From Takakia lepidozioides (taxonomy: Eukaryota > Plantae > Bryophyta), in the NCBI GenBank assembly GCA_030704615.1, contig CM060731.1, positions 91,202,001 through 91,266,000 of the forward strand: a stretch of 64,000 nucleotides of DNA. The letters run 5' to 3'. Shown piece after piece: positions 12,011 to 25,868 of the stretch. The translations under genes and the position numbers were made by a program. Positions within the stretch are counted from its first letter, which is position 1, and every line of letters starts with the position of its first letter. The notes under the pieces were generated by a model. That model had not been told where the DNA came from and did not search any database. It saw nothing but the letters and a program-made list of their open reading frames with translations.

Positions 12011-14040
12011 CTACGCTAAACTAGCTTCCGACCTTCGGTCGTCGCTAGAACTATTGTTCGAGTGATTGTCAGAGGGTGAGTGCCTCGTGCAGGTACGCTG
12101 CCAAGCATTTCTGATCTTCATAGGAAAGACTTCAGTGAGAGATTGGGTTCCACGGAATAGACAGTGGGATCTTCGACGGATCTCATAGTATAGAGGGCAA
12201 TAGAAGAAGAAGTGTTCTTCAGTTTCAATTGCCTGGTTGCGCCCTGTGCAAGCTGGACATAGGCGGTCCTCCCGCTGCAGGTTTTCCCATCTGCCAGTCT
12301 CTATCCGTAGGTTGTGGGAGCCCACCCTGAACCGCCCCAATGCCCTCAGGAGAAAAGGAGATAAAGATGCCGAAAGGTAATTGGGCCGCAAGATTCTATC
12401 ATCTCGGAGAACCAAGAATGTTTCGCGATAGAAATGGAGCTTTGTCGTGAGGTTGGGTAGCTTCCAAGTTCTCCGGACATGTAGTTCCATAAGCTCCCTT
12501 CGAATGAGTCTGTTGTGGTCGTGCTTGGATGTGATGTCCACCCCTTCTGGATTCACTGGTAATAGTGAAGCAATAGAGAGTCCATGGCGTTCAAAAAAGG
12601 TATCCACGCGAGCATACCTGGATTGTTTGAAACCTGCATTGTTGAGCCTAATTGATGTTGCGAGGGCTCCGGCCACAAGCCCCTTGGGGGGAAGGGCTTG
12701 TAACCTATGCAGGAAAATTGTAAGCCGAAGAGGGCCTCAGTTTGCAGTGGCACGTATGCGAATTCTGCACTCAGGATGTGAGATGGAGTTGTGCCTCTTG
12801 CGCCAAGCATTGCTTGGAGAAAAGATGACTGCAATGGTTCCAGATTCTTTTCCCACCAGGAAACTGGGACAGCAGGTGCCCATAATTCACAACCAAAAGT
12901 GGCATTTGGGGTGACAAACAGGCACTTCTTGGTTGGTGGATGGCGCAGATGTATTTGTTTGCATTTGGCCTGAAGGCGGATGGAGGCTGCCTTGCCTTTT
13001 GTCAATCTGTCCAGGGCAATTGCTGCAAACTGGAATTTGGGGGAGTGGATAACCAGACCCAGATACCTGTACGATTTGACTATCTCAACCTCCTGATTGT
13101 TGAGGAAGAATCTGCGGTCGGCCTGGCCATTGAAAACCATGATCTTGGTTTTGCTGCTTGCAGCCCATAGTCTTTGGAGAATTGTTCCAAGATGTGGAGA
13201 CGTTGCAGGAAGACAGGAGATTGTGCCAAGAGGGCAACATCATCCGCGTAGAGGAGATCTGATTGTGTTGGTCCTCCATCCAATGGCACACCAACCCCAT
13301 GGTTTTTTGAGATGTAAACCTCCAAGGTGTCAATGTAGATTCCGAACAGGGTAGGTGAGAGGGGACAGCCCTGTTTGACCCCAATGTTGACTCCCACCCT
13401 ATGGAGCCGTTGGAAAAGAAGGTCACGAGGAACCGAATCAAAAGCCTTGTGAAAGTCAACGAAGCAGACATAAACCAGTTTTTTGTCAAAGCTTGCACGT
13501 TCCACCATAACCTGAAGAGTGAAAATGTGGTCAAGAGTGGATTTGTTGCGACGGAAACCAGCTTGTCCCTTAGCACGAATGTGAGAGGATTCAGCCCAAT
13601 CCTCCAACTCCATGGCCACTACTGCCCCAAACAGTTTAGCCAGTAATGATGACACCATAATTGTGCGATAGTTGGTCGGTGCGAGCCTGTCACCCCTCTT
13701 GAAGAGGGGGTGGATGATGCTCTTTGTCCACTCTGTTGGAAAGCCATGTTGCACTGCCTCATTGAAGAGGTGAACTATAAATGGGGCCAAAGTGGGTGCC
13801 GCGTGCTTGATGAATTCACCCTGTAGCCCTGAAATATCCAATGCCCTGCCATTTTGCAGCTTCTTGGGAGGAAGAGCTGCATGTGGTGTATGATTCCTTT
13901 AGCTGGTGCAATCAGTGTCAAATTTAGGAGGTAGAAGATGAGATGAATTTTAATGGTAAGCTCAAGTATGCTCTCCAGCCTAAGACTGGTTTGGCTTTGT
14001 GAGCGCTTTACAAAACTGCTCAAAGTGCTCCATCCTCTGT
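12011..14040 (-). mobile_element. Degenerate non-LTR retrotransposon (RTE-X-like) RT and C-terminal zinc finger
   Basis: NYRTI, QAGFR, FVDFHKAFDSV, GVKQGCPLSP and YADD motifs; C-terminal FRVGSHNLRIETGRW..RLCPAC..ETEEHFFFYC. Frameshifts and an internal deletion. Confidence 0.92.
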
Positions 14041-14155
14041 TTTTGGGTAAGTTTCGTTAAGCAATTGCCCATGTGTGGCATAAGTTACACCACAATCTGG
14101 TGAAATGGATAGAGACTGTTTGAGCTGAGCTGACTACCAATGGGCTGTGTGGCAG

Positions 14156-17100
14156 GCATATTCAAAAATGCTAAAGGAGTTGTGGGAGCCCGCTCTGGAT
14201 TCTTACAGACCTCACATAGCTTCCTCTGTCAGTTTCCAAAAATTCACAATAGGGATGATTGCCCCACAATTCAGAGGTCTGCCATTGTGCCGTTACTACT
14301 GACATGAATTAGTTTCAAAAGGGTACTTCACATTTATAAAACTGCAAAGCATTTCATAGAAGTCTAACTACTATAAGGTCGAAGAGATTTGACAAGCTCC
14401 TTAAATGTGTGGCTGTTCAAAGAATGCAACACTCAGCTGGAAAAATGCACTTTTGCTGAAGAAGACTCCGGCTGAAGCCGGCGTAACTAGCCACTTTGGC
14501 TACTGCCTCCTTTCGGGGGTGGGCTACTTCTGCTGAGTTAATGCTTGTGTTTCAGTTCAATCCTTTTTAACCATAGTAGATGAATAATCAGCTGCTGCAT
14601 TTAAATAGTAATGTCTACACAATCTCCCAAAATAAGCCAAGCCAAAGGCACATGTTGAGGATGCTTGGGCTTACACAAAGTTCCAATATCATATTCAGCC
14701 TGCTATTAGTTGCGTATGTGCGGTATGTTTTCCTACCAATTCAGCTCTGCTCCAGGGAGTATGTCTTGTACAGCCCATCCATGATGCAGAGCTGCACCAG
14801 TCTGGTCAATGGTCTAGGCTCACTGTAATTGATCAGAGTAGAATGCTGTTGGAAAGACAGCCTAAGTGCTTTCTGATTTGTGGTGTCTTCAATGGCCTTA
14901 CTTTCCATTGATGCACAAGTGTTTACACGTGTGCTATGGTACTGTCAGGCGTTCAAATGTTAGAAGTGGCAGAGGATGAGATTGTAATAGATGCAGAAGC
15001 CCAGTGGGATGGAAATCCAAGCATCATTTTGGCAGTGGGACTTCCCATGGGTGTTTCTCTCCCTGCACAGGTATTTCTTGTTATGTTCCAGTTGAGGAAG
15101 ACCATAATGGGTGAGAAGCAGGTCAGTTGCTTTGCCAATGGTCTGTGACCTGGTATGAATATGGACATGCAGCAGGCAGATTGTAACTTCGGAACTGCTT
15201 CGGAACTTAGTAAGAAGAGGTAGGTGATTGCCTGACTAGCACTTCTGAGGATGCAAATAAAGGCAGCACTGCTGCACTCTGTTCTAGCTGAGTGGTTCCT
15301 TTTTTCCGAGGAACTGAGACTCCCCCTTCAGCTCTTTGGACCACCTGGGGATGCTATACTTTCTGTTTACTCTCTGGCATGCAGTGAACAAAATTTTTTG
15401 TAGCTGTTCTCTCACGCTTGCATTGAAGTCCACAACAATTGCCCTGCAGTGCATCCAGTGGACAAGCAGATTACTAGCTTTTCTCTCGCACTTGCTTGCA
15501 CGTGTGTGCAAACCAAACTATTTGTCAAAACTGACGCAAGATGGCTAAGGAGCAGTGCTGAAATCAATCTCATCTTTCTTTCGTGTGATGTCAATGCCAA
15601 CTCTGCATCAGGACCATATTACTTTCATTCTTAATCTCATCTAGTTGGCTGAAGCCCAACCAGCTGCGGGCAGAGGAACTACACCTTAAGTGTAACCCCA
15701 CCTTATGTTTGCAGCGAACTGTTAACGAGTACATTCTCTCTTGCATGCACATGCGCTTTTTTCTGTTTGATGTTCAGCCCACTTCTACCAGAGAAACACC
15801 TCTCTTGCTTGTCCTATACAGGTCAAAGACATAAGCTTGACACTTGTGTTCCGATTCATATTCAAAACCCTAGTGGAGGACATTCCAGGCTTTGGAGCTT
15901 TCACTTCCTCAATTCGAAAGAAGGCAAGTCACATACCTGGCATAGATTTGTCCGGAACATTGTGTAGTTCTCGCTCGCTAGCATTTGCAATAGGCTTCAT
16001 CCGTGTCTAGCTAGCAAGATGGGCCGAAATTACGTGTAGGGTGAGGCCCCGGCCTGGGAGCCTCACCCTGCTAAAGAGACAGTAAGGATTTCAGGTTTTG
16101 ATGGCTGGGATTTCCTTGATCGGGCGGCTCACAAGAGCAGAAACCTTACGCGACGTAAGGTGCCGTCCTCTCCAACTAAGAAATCCTGGCCGGCTCTTTA
16201 CGTCCATCTGCTAGACATTTGCATTCTCACCCCTGTTGATTATCGTACCGAGATCACTGTTTGTGTCAATATCACAGCTATCATAGGAAGATAATCTCCA
16301 ATTGTAATTAGCAGGAGGTGTAACACCAGTGGATACCAGGCTGTGCTGGACGCTCGGTTTCATGGATAGTAGCTGTTGATCATAAACAGCTCCCCAATAG
16401 CAGTCAGGACCAAAAACAAGAAGTCTTGAAGTTTCAGCTTTGACTGCCATTGACACTTGGAGTCCTCTGTTCCACAGAATGAATCCCAACTACTAACAGG
16501 TGTATGATGCTTACACTTGGTCGAAGTTGGTTCTGTGATCAGAGGTTCGTGACTTCTTGGCTGTATACCATGCTGTAGCTACAAAACAGTAGAATTGGGG
16601 GACCAACTTCAATTTTGGCATGAGGGTTGCTGCTCTTATGGGAATATATTCGGGTGTGCTATTAAGAGCAGTGAACTGATATTGTCTTTTTGGGGCAGAA
16701 AAGATTTGATTTCACATTGAAATTTATTAGTGGAGAAATTGGAAACATTCCTGGGTTGGCTGGATTGGCTGGAAAACTCCAGGTAAACAGAGTCATTGGA
16801 CCCTCCACACGTTCTCACACGACAAGGAAACATGTGATATAGCTTAGGCAATAAGTCATGACTGTCAGGTCATAGGGAGGCGCTCAACTATTCTACAAGC
16901 AACAAAGGAGTTGAAACAGTGTTGTTTGAAAAACTGGTCCACATCTGTCTAACTTCAGTTTGTCTATACTCTCACTCTCAGCCACGGCAACTGGACCTCA
17001 AGGGTGTGAAAGCCCATGGCAGGACATGATTAGGGTGGCAGTAATTGATTCTCTTTGCTGGCCCATGCGGATTTGCGTCCCTGTAATTCCAGATCCAGTA

Positions 17101-20100
17101 GATGGAGATGTCTCAAGGTACATAACTCATTCCTATAGCAAGTTTTCCCCACTATGTAGCCTTAGCAAAGGCAGCTATTCTTCCTGGCCGCCACAGGTTA
17201 ATCAACCCAGTAAGATTTGAGTCACTCAGTTCTCTCGTAATTCTAGTTGGTGATATCACCTGGTTGTACATACAGAAGACAATAGCACTAAAACTGTAAC
17301 CCCCAGTTTTAGCAGGCTTAATCGCAAGCGAACCGCTGCCCATAATAACGAACTTCGTATGCTCATTTGAAGCCCTTGTCTCCATTGGGGCGATGCAGGG
17401 AGATGGCCCCAAGAGAATAGATCTTAATGGTCCTAATTGCCATGGCCTTGCCCACATTACTGTCGAGTTCAAACAAATGATGGACCATTGTTCATGTCAT
17501 TGATCTCCCCAGTGTAATAATTTGCAGATCTGGATTCTAACCTCTTATTAGGCTAAACTTAATGTGCCAGTGAAACAGATCACTTGAATCATAAAGGGTG
17601 GGATTTGCGGGGGTAGGGTTTGAGGTTGAGATGAGTTGCCCAGACACTACTGCTTTTCCTACATAGTTCTCAACTTACAATTTGGAAATCTCCCGTCATG
17701 GTTTTTGACATCAGGTTGCAGCGCCACATGTGTCCTTGAAGGAAAGGGGTGATCTTTTCGCACCAGTTTCCAGAAGGGCCAGCAGTGGGGATTCTAGACA
17801 TCAGGCTGGCTCAGGCTAGGGGTTTGCGGCACGTTAACCCTCTCAAGAATCCTGACCCTTTTGCAATGATCTACATCCATCCCATCCCAGGGCACATGAA
17901 GAGGAGCACGACCATAGTAAGGAGCAAGTAACGCCCTATCCCTCTAACTCCAGCACATTGAGAAATGTTGTATCAATAAAATTGTCTACCGGAACATTAT
18001 ATGCAGTGACTGAGAAAGGTTAAGTTGGATACCATAGTTCCTGACATGTCAATGGGGCTGCGCACAAATCAGGCCTTGCTGCAGAGCTATCAATGCACCA
18101 AGGTTTAATTCGATGTACAAATAATGCACATCTTTTTGGCTGACAAGTATACACCTAGTAGGAGAGATCTCCGAATGATTTGAATTTATTGATGCTTACT
18201 CCATCATGTATAACATTGTAGGTTGACTGGTTGGACATTTAGTTTGAACCACCATTGCAGTTGTAGGGAACACCCCCAAGATTCTCAGTCTCTTGCAATT
18301 GGTGTTTGTCAGGGAAACACTCTGTTTCTCTTTGGATTTTCTGCAACAGGGAAACACCCCAGATCAAAATCTCTCTCTCCCTCTCCCATTCTGGTGTTTT
18401 TGTGCTTGTTTCTGTATGTCTCTGGTCAGACAAACGAGCTGAATCCATCTGGAATGAGCTATTTGAGCTAGAGGTTGAAGACCCACAAGAACAGAAACTG
18501 GTGATATTCTTGCTTGATCAAGGGGCTACACAGGAATTCCAGGTGCTAGGCTGCACCCAATTTCAGTTGCAGGTAAAAATACAAAATGTGGTTGTTTTCT
18601 CTACAATAATGTTTTTCTACATTCATCCTGTGTTGCAGTTTTATAGGTTCATTTTGCCTTTGCTGGCAGCTGCAGCTTCCATGGCTACAGGTTTGGGATC
18701 CTGGAATTGACTTGTGATGCCATTCAATCTATCAAGTATAGCTGCCATAGTTATGTTTATATTTCATGAATGCAAATCTTAAACCCTGCACATTGCTTAT
18801 AGACTGCCCTGAAGATAATTCACCCAATGACATGGTGGTAGTCGTATGGTTGCATGGCCAAATTCAATTTGAATTCTAAGCCTCCAGAGGTACAGAGAGA
18901 AATATAATGGGAATTGATGAAGGGGCTAAGGGAGAAAGTAATATGTAATTTGCTTTGGTTCGAAATTCTGGCCTTTTCGGGATCAGATTGTATCCCATAA
19001 TCTGCTGTCATAATCTGCCGGGGTCTTTTCCAGCCATTGTGATTACTTTTTCAGTTTTGGTAGTTTCTATCATGCCACTTGCAAGGACTAAATTCGGGAC
19101 CTCTAACTGGACACATCTTATAGTAGAGAAATGACAGTTTATTGAATGCTCAAGATAGCAACGTGTGCACTACAGTTCAGTGCTCTTATAGAAAGGTAGC
19201 ACAAAATAATGTTTCATGTTCAACACAAATTACATACGGCAACGGCCATTTATCGCCACGTCGCCTGGGATGCAAAGCACTCGCAGCTCCCGCCACTTGC
19301 AGCTCTGCGGCAGATTATCCCACAATGGCCGTTAATAGGTTCACATGAGAAAGAGAAAAGAGATGATGCTGTACTCTGCCTGTTAAGGTAACTTGTTTTG
19401 TGGAACTAAAATTGCAGGCCCTAGACAATGGGGTAGTATCAGAGAGATGGCTAAAAGTGGTGAAGACCTTGAAAGATTTTGAGCACGTACAAGAAGCCAA
19501 GTATAGAGGCCAGGTAAAGCTTCTGTTCTGTGATTTCAACTATTTCCTGCCGTTACATGACAGCAACCCTGGTTGCTGTTGGAGCTTTCTAAAGTCATCT
19601 TTTATGTGAAATGAATGAGTGTAAGAGGGAATAGGTGGCTGAGCGACAGATATACTAAGTGACTGTTCACTGTGATTGTTGACTATGATGTTCCCACAGG
19701 GTATAGCCCTTGTGGGATACCAACCCAGGCAAAGCATAGGGTTTTCACTCTTGAAGGGTCTGAAAGTCAGCATAGCTCCCCTCCTCAGCCGACACCAATT
19801 GGAACAGATGAAACTGAGTGTTGGTTCTGCTACCAATGGCTACTGTTCATACTAAGAGAGGTAGCTGTACAGGACAGAGCCTTTCAATAAGTAGATTATG
19901 TTCAGAAATACCCAGGTGCGCTGCATTATAGTGTAGGTCTTCAATTAGACATTGCAAAGAGTAGTGCAGTTCGCAGGCATGATTACCTCCAGTGTATGTT
20001 ACATTCGGTCATGGCCAATTGCAATTTGCAAATTGGAGTAAGGAAAATGTGGAATTCAGAGTATACCACTGCTGTATATCTCACCGCTTTGACTCGTTGA

Positions 20101-21967
20101 TCTCTCTTTTTGCACATACGTCGTTTGGCTGCTGCTTCGAGCATCCAACGAATAGCAGCCAATCAGACATAAAGACAGGATTAAACCGGAGAAGAAGGGC
20201 GTGTTTTGGTTACTCGTCATTATTAAAAGAATAAGGTGTAATGCTATTTCGAAAAAAATTCCACTTGACAGATAAATATTGAGTTGCTCTATCGGTCTTA
20301 TGAAAACGAAGAAGCTGAATTGCATCGGAGAAGGATCATATTCGGTAGAGAAGTTGAGAAGCAGCATGAAAGCACAACCCCACCCATAAGCTCCAAGTGC
20401 TTCTTCTCTCTCTCTCTCTCTTGACATTTTAAGCTTCTTTCTTTCTTTTTCTCTCTCATTATCTCCTTTCTTGTTTGTATGTCTTTCTCTTTCTTCTGTT
20501 GTTCTACTTTGTGGAATACGCCCTGCGGACAGTTGTAAAGTATTTCTCTTTCTTCCCCCTCTCTCATTGGAACTTCCAACTTGTCCTAAGGCCCTCTAGG
20601 TTATATTGTCAAAGTACGCCTTCTTATTGTTTCTTCTCAGTAGGAGGTATGGAAATACTTGTTCTTTCTGGTGTCCTGAAAATCAGTGGACCAGACCATA
20701 AGAGTGTGAAAAATTTGTATTTCCTACATATTAGTTTCACAGAAGGTAGTTCTCAAGAACTCTTTTAAGGAACCTCATCTATGCTGATCTCCTTCAGCTC
20801 TAGAACCCCTCTATCAGTCTGGCCGAAAGTTGTGCCTCCAACTGTTTGGAAATTTGGACTTACGGAGGTTTGCATCCAGATTTTCTCGGAGGGGGAAAAT
20901 GTGGGAGATAGTGCGAGGGGTCCTATCGGTGACCGCGTTCCGAGCAGAGAACCTTCTGCCCACAGATTTCAATGGAAAGGGTGATCCGTATGTGGTGCTG
21001 CGACTGAGAAAAAACCATCATGAAATGAAGAGAACAAAGGTTTGTTTCTTCCTACTCGTGTTTGATCGACAGCACCATTTTGGGGAACAGGGTTGGAGAT
21101 GGCTGAATGTAAAGATCGTCTTGAAAGTAGTAGGAATTCTGTCTAATTTTGTCATCAGCAATTGCAGCTTGAGTTGATTTGATGCAGGTAATACCGAAAA
21201 CCTTGAATCCAGAGTGGAATCAAACTCTTTACTTACTGGTGGAAGATGCTGTCCATGATATGCTCATAGCCGAGGTTTGGGACCAAGACACTTTCGGCAA
21301 GGTCCTTGTCTCTCCAATGCCTTCACCCCACTGTCTCCATCTCCCACCCTGTTCATAATTTGTTTATCCACCATTTGTCGGAACGAGATTAACAGCCTTG
21401 CTCAGACATTAGCTCTAAGATCAAGGTATTCTTGACAGTCATGTGCAGAGCACATACGCCAGCAGTTAAATATATATGTCGAGTTTAGTGCACAGTACTA
21501 GGACCAAAAGAACTGGTAATGCAAGTCACTGCTAGATTTTTCCTGGAATGAATGGTAGCCCTGTTAAAACTTTGCCAAAAACATTTCACTGCTGGACTAT
21601 CCAGGCCACCCAACAACTATTGCATTAGTGTAGTTAGTCTGATGCAGCACATTCCTGGATTCTGAACCTTGTTCATAATAATGTCATGAATTGTCCGTCT
21701 TTTGAATTCAAGTGAGCTGCTCTGTCATATACAACTATGAAGTGTCTGAGTGGGAGATGTGGCACTTTATCTAGGAAGGAGCTCCTACAACACCATCTCA
21801 TTTACGGGCTCAATGAGTTTGAATGTTTCATAATACAGGACTTCATGGGGATGACAGCGATGACCCTGACTGGAGTGTTGCAAGAACGTGCTATTGATGC
21901 AGGCTTCAAGCTAGTTGGTGTACCCATCGGTAAATTGTTTTTGCACCTGGAATGGAACACTCTCTAA
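14156..21967 (+). CDS. SYT5: Synaptotagmin SYT4/SYT5-like (SMP + two C2 domains), multi-exon, 5' exons not located
   Basis: Exons at approx 14156-14277 (YRPHIASSVSFQKFTIGMIAPQF), 14950-15070 (QWDGNPSII), 15822-15923, 16699-16782, 17023-17117, 17767-17916, 18430-18572, 19418-19513, 20880-21039 (RGVLSVT..DPYVVL), 21189-21301 (LNPEWNQ..WDQDTFGK) and 21839-21967 (KLFLHLEW*). Apparent 1-bp frameshift near 18446. Confidence 0.88.
20106..20156 (-). other. rps7: Micro-NUMT: mitochondrial rps7 fragment within an intron
   Basis: Minus strand reads AIRWMLEAAAKRRMCKK, matching my recollection of bryophyte mitochondrial Rps7. Only ~50 bp. Confidence 0.6.
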
Positions 21968-22398
21968 TGCAATTGGCTGTAGTGTACTGGGGAAAACATC
22001 TATTGCTTTGCCCCCTCTTTATGAATGAGCTCTTGACTTGCGATAGCAATTGTGCTCCTGGTGCACACCTTTCGAAGTGGTTGGTGTAAAGGAGCCAGAA
22101 AATGATGCAGTAACATTTTTGCTTGGGAATTGAGAGGTAAGACCACCTCAGCACACCCTAGAGATAAATTGATCATTATATAAAAGCTGTGAATAATCTC
22201 TCTAGTGAAAGAAGTAATAGTGCGTTGTGAAAACTTGTCCAAGAAAGAATGAAGAGACATGAATTGAGTGGTCTGTTAAGGGCTGCTAAACAAGGATGTG
22301 GTATATTGCGTTGCCAATTTAGTAATCATGACACTTGAAACATAACAGTCCCTTTTGTCCTCGTGATGTACAAAGCCACAGCTAATTGAGCATAATTT

Positions 22399-22603
22399 GA
22401 TAAGATTCTTCCGGGTAATGAGATTGTGGTTTCTGAGAAGGGGACAATGATCAATCATAATCATGAGGTTTTATTGGAGCAAGAAGCTGAGCTTGATCAT
22501 GATAAGATTCTTCCGGGTAATGAGATTGTGGTTTCTGAGAAGGCGACAATGATCAATCATAATCATGAGGTTTTATTGGAGCAAGAAGCTGAGCTCGATC
22601 ATA
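22399..22603. repeat. 102-bp tandem duplication
   Basis: gataagattcttccgggtaatgag...gctgagcttgatcat occurs twice head-to-tail. Confidence 0.9.
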
Positions 22604-22925
22604 ATCTTCCTGACGCTGAATTTTGGGTTCCAAAACTCGTCTATCTATCATGATGGATCTTATGAAGAAGCATGATGAACAAGCAAGTTGTTCTGGAGCT
22701 ATTCACAAGTTTGCAGGCCAGACATCTAATTCTCACTCACAAGTTGGCCATCAGTTTTACACAATTGCATTATCACTCCTACAATCGTGGATCCCTCTAT
22801 GGCAGCCAGTCTTCTAAGAGATGGCAAAGTTCCTGCAAGTTCACCACCAATCTGATTGTTCCTACCACATACAATGTCAAGCTTCCTGCTCTTAAGATAC
22901 AAAAAGATCATGTTCCTGGATTCTT

Positions 22926-23370
22926 ATGCGCCATCGCCCTATTTTCTCAGAGAATGAGTCAGGGCCTCACCCTTTATTCCTTACTCCAAAACAGATGGCT
23001 AGGGCTACTGATGAAATTTGGTTTTTGAAAACTCCAATGGGAAAGAATACCTTGGCTGCTGTGACTAAGGAGATGACAGTCGATCTAGACTTGAAAGGAA
23101 TGAAAATTACTAACAAGACAGGGCGAGGCGTCGGAGTAACCAGAATGGAAGAAGCCTTAGTGCCTGTAGAGTACGGTATGAGGATCACTGGTCACCGTGA
23201 CCCAAAGTCCTATGCAAAATACAACCAGGTCGATAAGGCTACTATTGATCGTGCTTGTCAAAGGATTATTTTTGGAGAAACTTTAAATGGAAAACCATTG
23301 ATGTACCAAGATGCTTTGGATCAAGAATTGGCCAAACGACGTGCTAAGGAAGAATCTGATATCAAGGGGG
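22926..23370 (+). mobile_element. Crypton-like (DUF3504-type) tyrosine recombinase C-terminal fragment
   Basis: PLFLTP..WFLKTPMGKNTL..ITNKTGR..VTRM..ITGHRDPKSYAKY matches the W..P.G.NTL / TNHS.R / TGH..Y pattern. Confidence 0.72.
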
Positions 23371-24136
23371 CTGAGGTCATTTCGGGTGTAGGGCTGGCTG
23401 CTCGGCTCGAGGCTGCTTGTGTTGTACGTATACGGTAGGGGGAATCCCCGTCTAATAGCTTTGAATAGCTTTGTATATCGCAATAATACATGTAGTTCAA
23501 GTAGTAGAATATTGTAGCTGTGATCTCGTCTCGGCATAGCATGCCCTTGCCACTATCACCTTGGAGCATCTCCAAGTCTCTACCTCTTCATACACTACAC
23601 CTTCCCTCACCTTTCCAACGATGTGCTAACTGTGTCCTTTCATGGCAGATTCATTCATAGACAACATTATTGAGTATTCATCCCACTGCTTGTTTCCTTT
23701 CATCTCCTTGGATTCACCTCTGTAGCATCCCTAATCTGGTTGTCACAGCCGTCTTTAGTTATTAAGGTGGTCGCTTTCAACTACGACGTTTCCCGCCTCT
23801 ACTCATTCTAGATACTTCGCTATCTCTCCACTTTATCAATTCTTTGCTCTAGAACGGCTACACAGTGGCTCCTTGCTCTCTCCAACTACAGCTTTCTCTC
23901 TCTCTACTTCCAATGGCCCCTGGTAACAATCAGCTCAGTCGCAAAGATCCAATGGAGAACCGTGGTCCCAATCGTGGATTCCAGCAGAATCAGAGACGAG
24001 CAAATCCTTCTTCGGGGACGGGCTTTTTTCTCGTGCATCAGGCGCGCTCTCGGATGACTTCCGCAACTAGTTCAGTAAGAACCCCATCCCCTCCGTTCAC
24101 CTTCAGCCCTCTCTCCCCCCTCTACCTCTTCTTAAG

Positions 24137-25868
24137 ATGCCCAAGCTGCACTCTACCTTTCAGGACAGACCAACCTCCCCAATTCTGGAAACTCCCTCAA
24201 TGGACTGGGAAGAGGAAAATATCTTAGACCAGGAAGAGCTGAACAAGGATCACCCACTGATCAAAATGAATATACCGGATTTACACAAGAGAGTGGCAAC
24301 GATGGAGGATTATGGTATCCTTATCCATTTTCCAGGCAAAAAAGTTGATAGGGCGCTGGTAAGGGATTGGGCTATCAGATACCTCGGTGGCCCTGGAGAG
24401 TTGAGAGAGCAGTTTTGCCATGCAAAGGGACGTGGGTTTTTCACTATTCTATTTGAAACCCCAAGAGGTGGCTACTTGCTCTACTGTTTAACCCCCATAC
24501 GAAAGGTTTCAACGTCAACATCTTCCCATGGTCCCCTAAGATGGGGAACATGAATGGCAAGCTTTGGGGGCCACGCATTGTCTCAGTTCCCTACATCCCT
24601 GACCAGTATTTGGTTAACCTGCCGGACATTGCTAACCATTTTGGGTATTACCTAGGATGCCTGGCAGTGTTTGACCCCCAGATGTGTACACAAAACCTCA
24701 GGCAGGATCCAGCATGGAAAGCAGTCACCATCGCATCTCGCCTGCATGAAATAGGTTGTGCCAAGTTTGTCCTAATCATGCAATACCCTTCCTCAATTTA
24801 TTAAGCTGCCTATAGATGAGGAGGGTAACTATTTTACAATTCAACTCATTGAGGATACTACATATTCCGCATGTTTCAACTGTGGCATGAATGGTCACAT
24901 AAAAATGGACTGCCCGGCTGCCAAGCGCAAACGATCACAGTCAAACACTCTCCCCAAATCTTTGCCACAGGACCACCCATTGTTCCCAACAACTGGATCC
25001 ACACAACCCTGGAGGTAGGGCTAACCCCATTCCAGATTCAACTATTCCAGCAAAACAGCCGCGTCTAGCAGCAGCTTCTTCGCCTTTGGACTCAGACCCT
25101 GCAGCCATCAATGACACCTTACAGGTCAGGCCTTGGCTAAATTCGAAAGACAAACCCAACAATTTCACTGATCCTATGCAGGAGGAAGTGACAGCTTACT
25201 ACAAACAGGATGCTATCATCTCAAGAGGGAAGGCCAAGGTGGTGGAACATTAACAACAAGCGGCAACTACTTTCAAGGGGAAAGCAAAACAAAAGGAAAG
25301 ATCACCTCAGCGTTCAGTTCGCTTGACACTCCCAACGAGCAACTCCATTCCCAAAATTACAATAGGCATCGACTGCAATACCAAATTTGCCAACATCTGC
25401 ATACCCACATCTGGACCTCAAAGGATGCTCAGCTCTGCAGATTCTGGAAGCTCCAAAGGCCTCCACACCACTCATCTTCCAAAAAAGCAAGCCCCCGGCC
25501 ATACTTATTACAGCTGATGACTTTGAATGTGTGGAGTCCCTCTGGATCACGTTTGCTGACATTAAGCTCTTCCTCGAAAGAAACCCCCCAAACAGCAACC
25601 CAAAGATCCTCTTCAAATACAAAATCCAGGAGTACTTCCAGCTGCAGCAGCCCCACTACTCTCTGTCACCATTCACAAAAATTTCATGGGGAGCATACCT
25701 GGAAGACCACCCGGGTCTAAGTGTACTCACACCCTCCGCTCATATTTTGGCACGGATGGAGGATGCGGAAATCTACTTTGCATCCCCACATATATCAATG
25801 CTATTTGGACATATGAGGAATGGCTGTCAGCTCCCAGAGGGAGCCACAGTCTGCAGATTCGCACTTTG
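24137..25868 (+). mobile_element. Degenerate L1-type LINE ORF1 (DUF4283-like + zinc knuckle)
   Basis: KGRGFFTILFE, FNVNIFPWSP and CFNCGMNGHIKMDC (~24870-24915); many frameshifts; no ORF2. Confidence 0.65.

Noticed and set aside
14455-14490. Hammerhead ribozyme (CTGAAGA..hairpin..CGTAAC)
   Set aside because: The GAAA core is absent, spacing is non-canonical, and no stems I/III were found.
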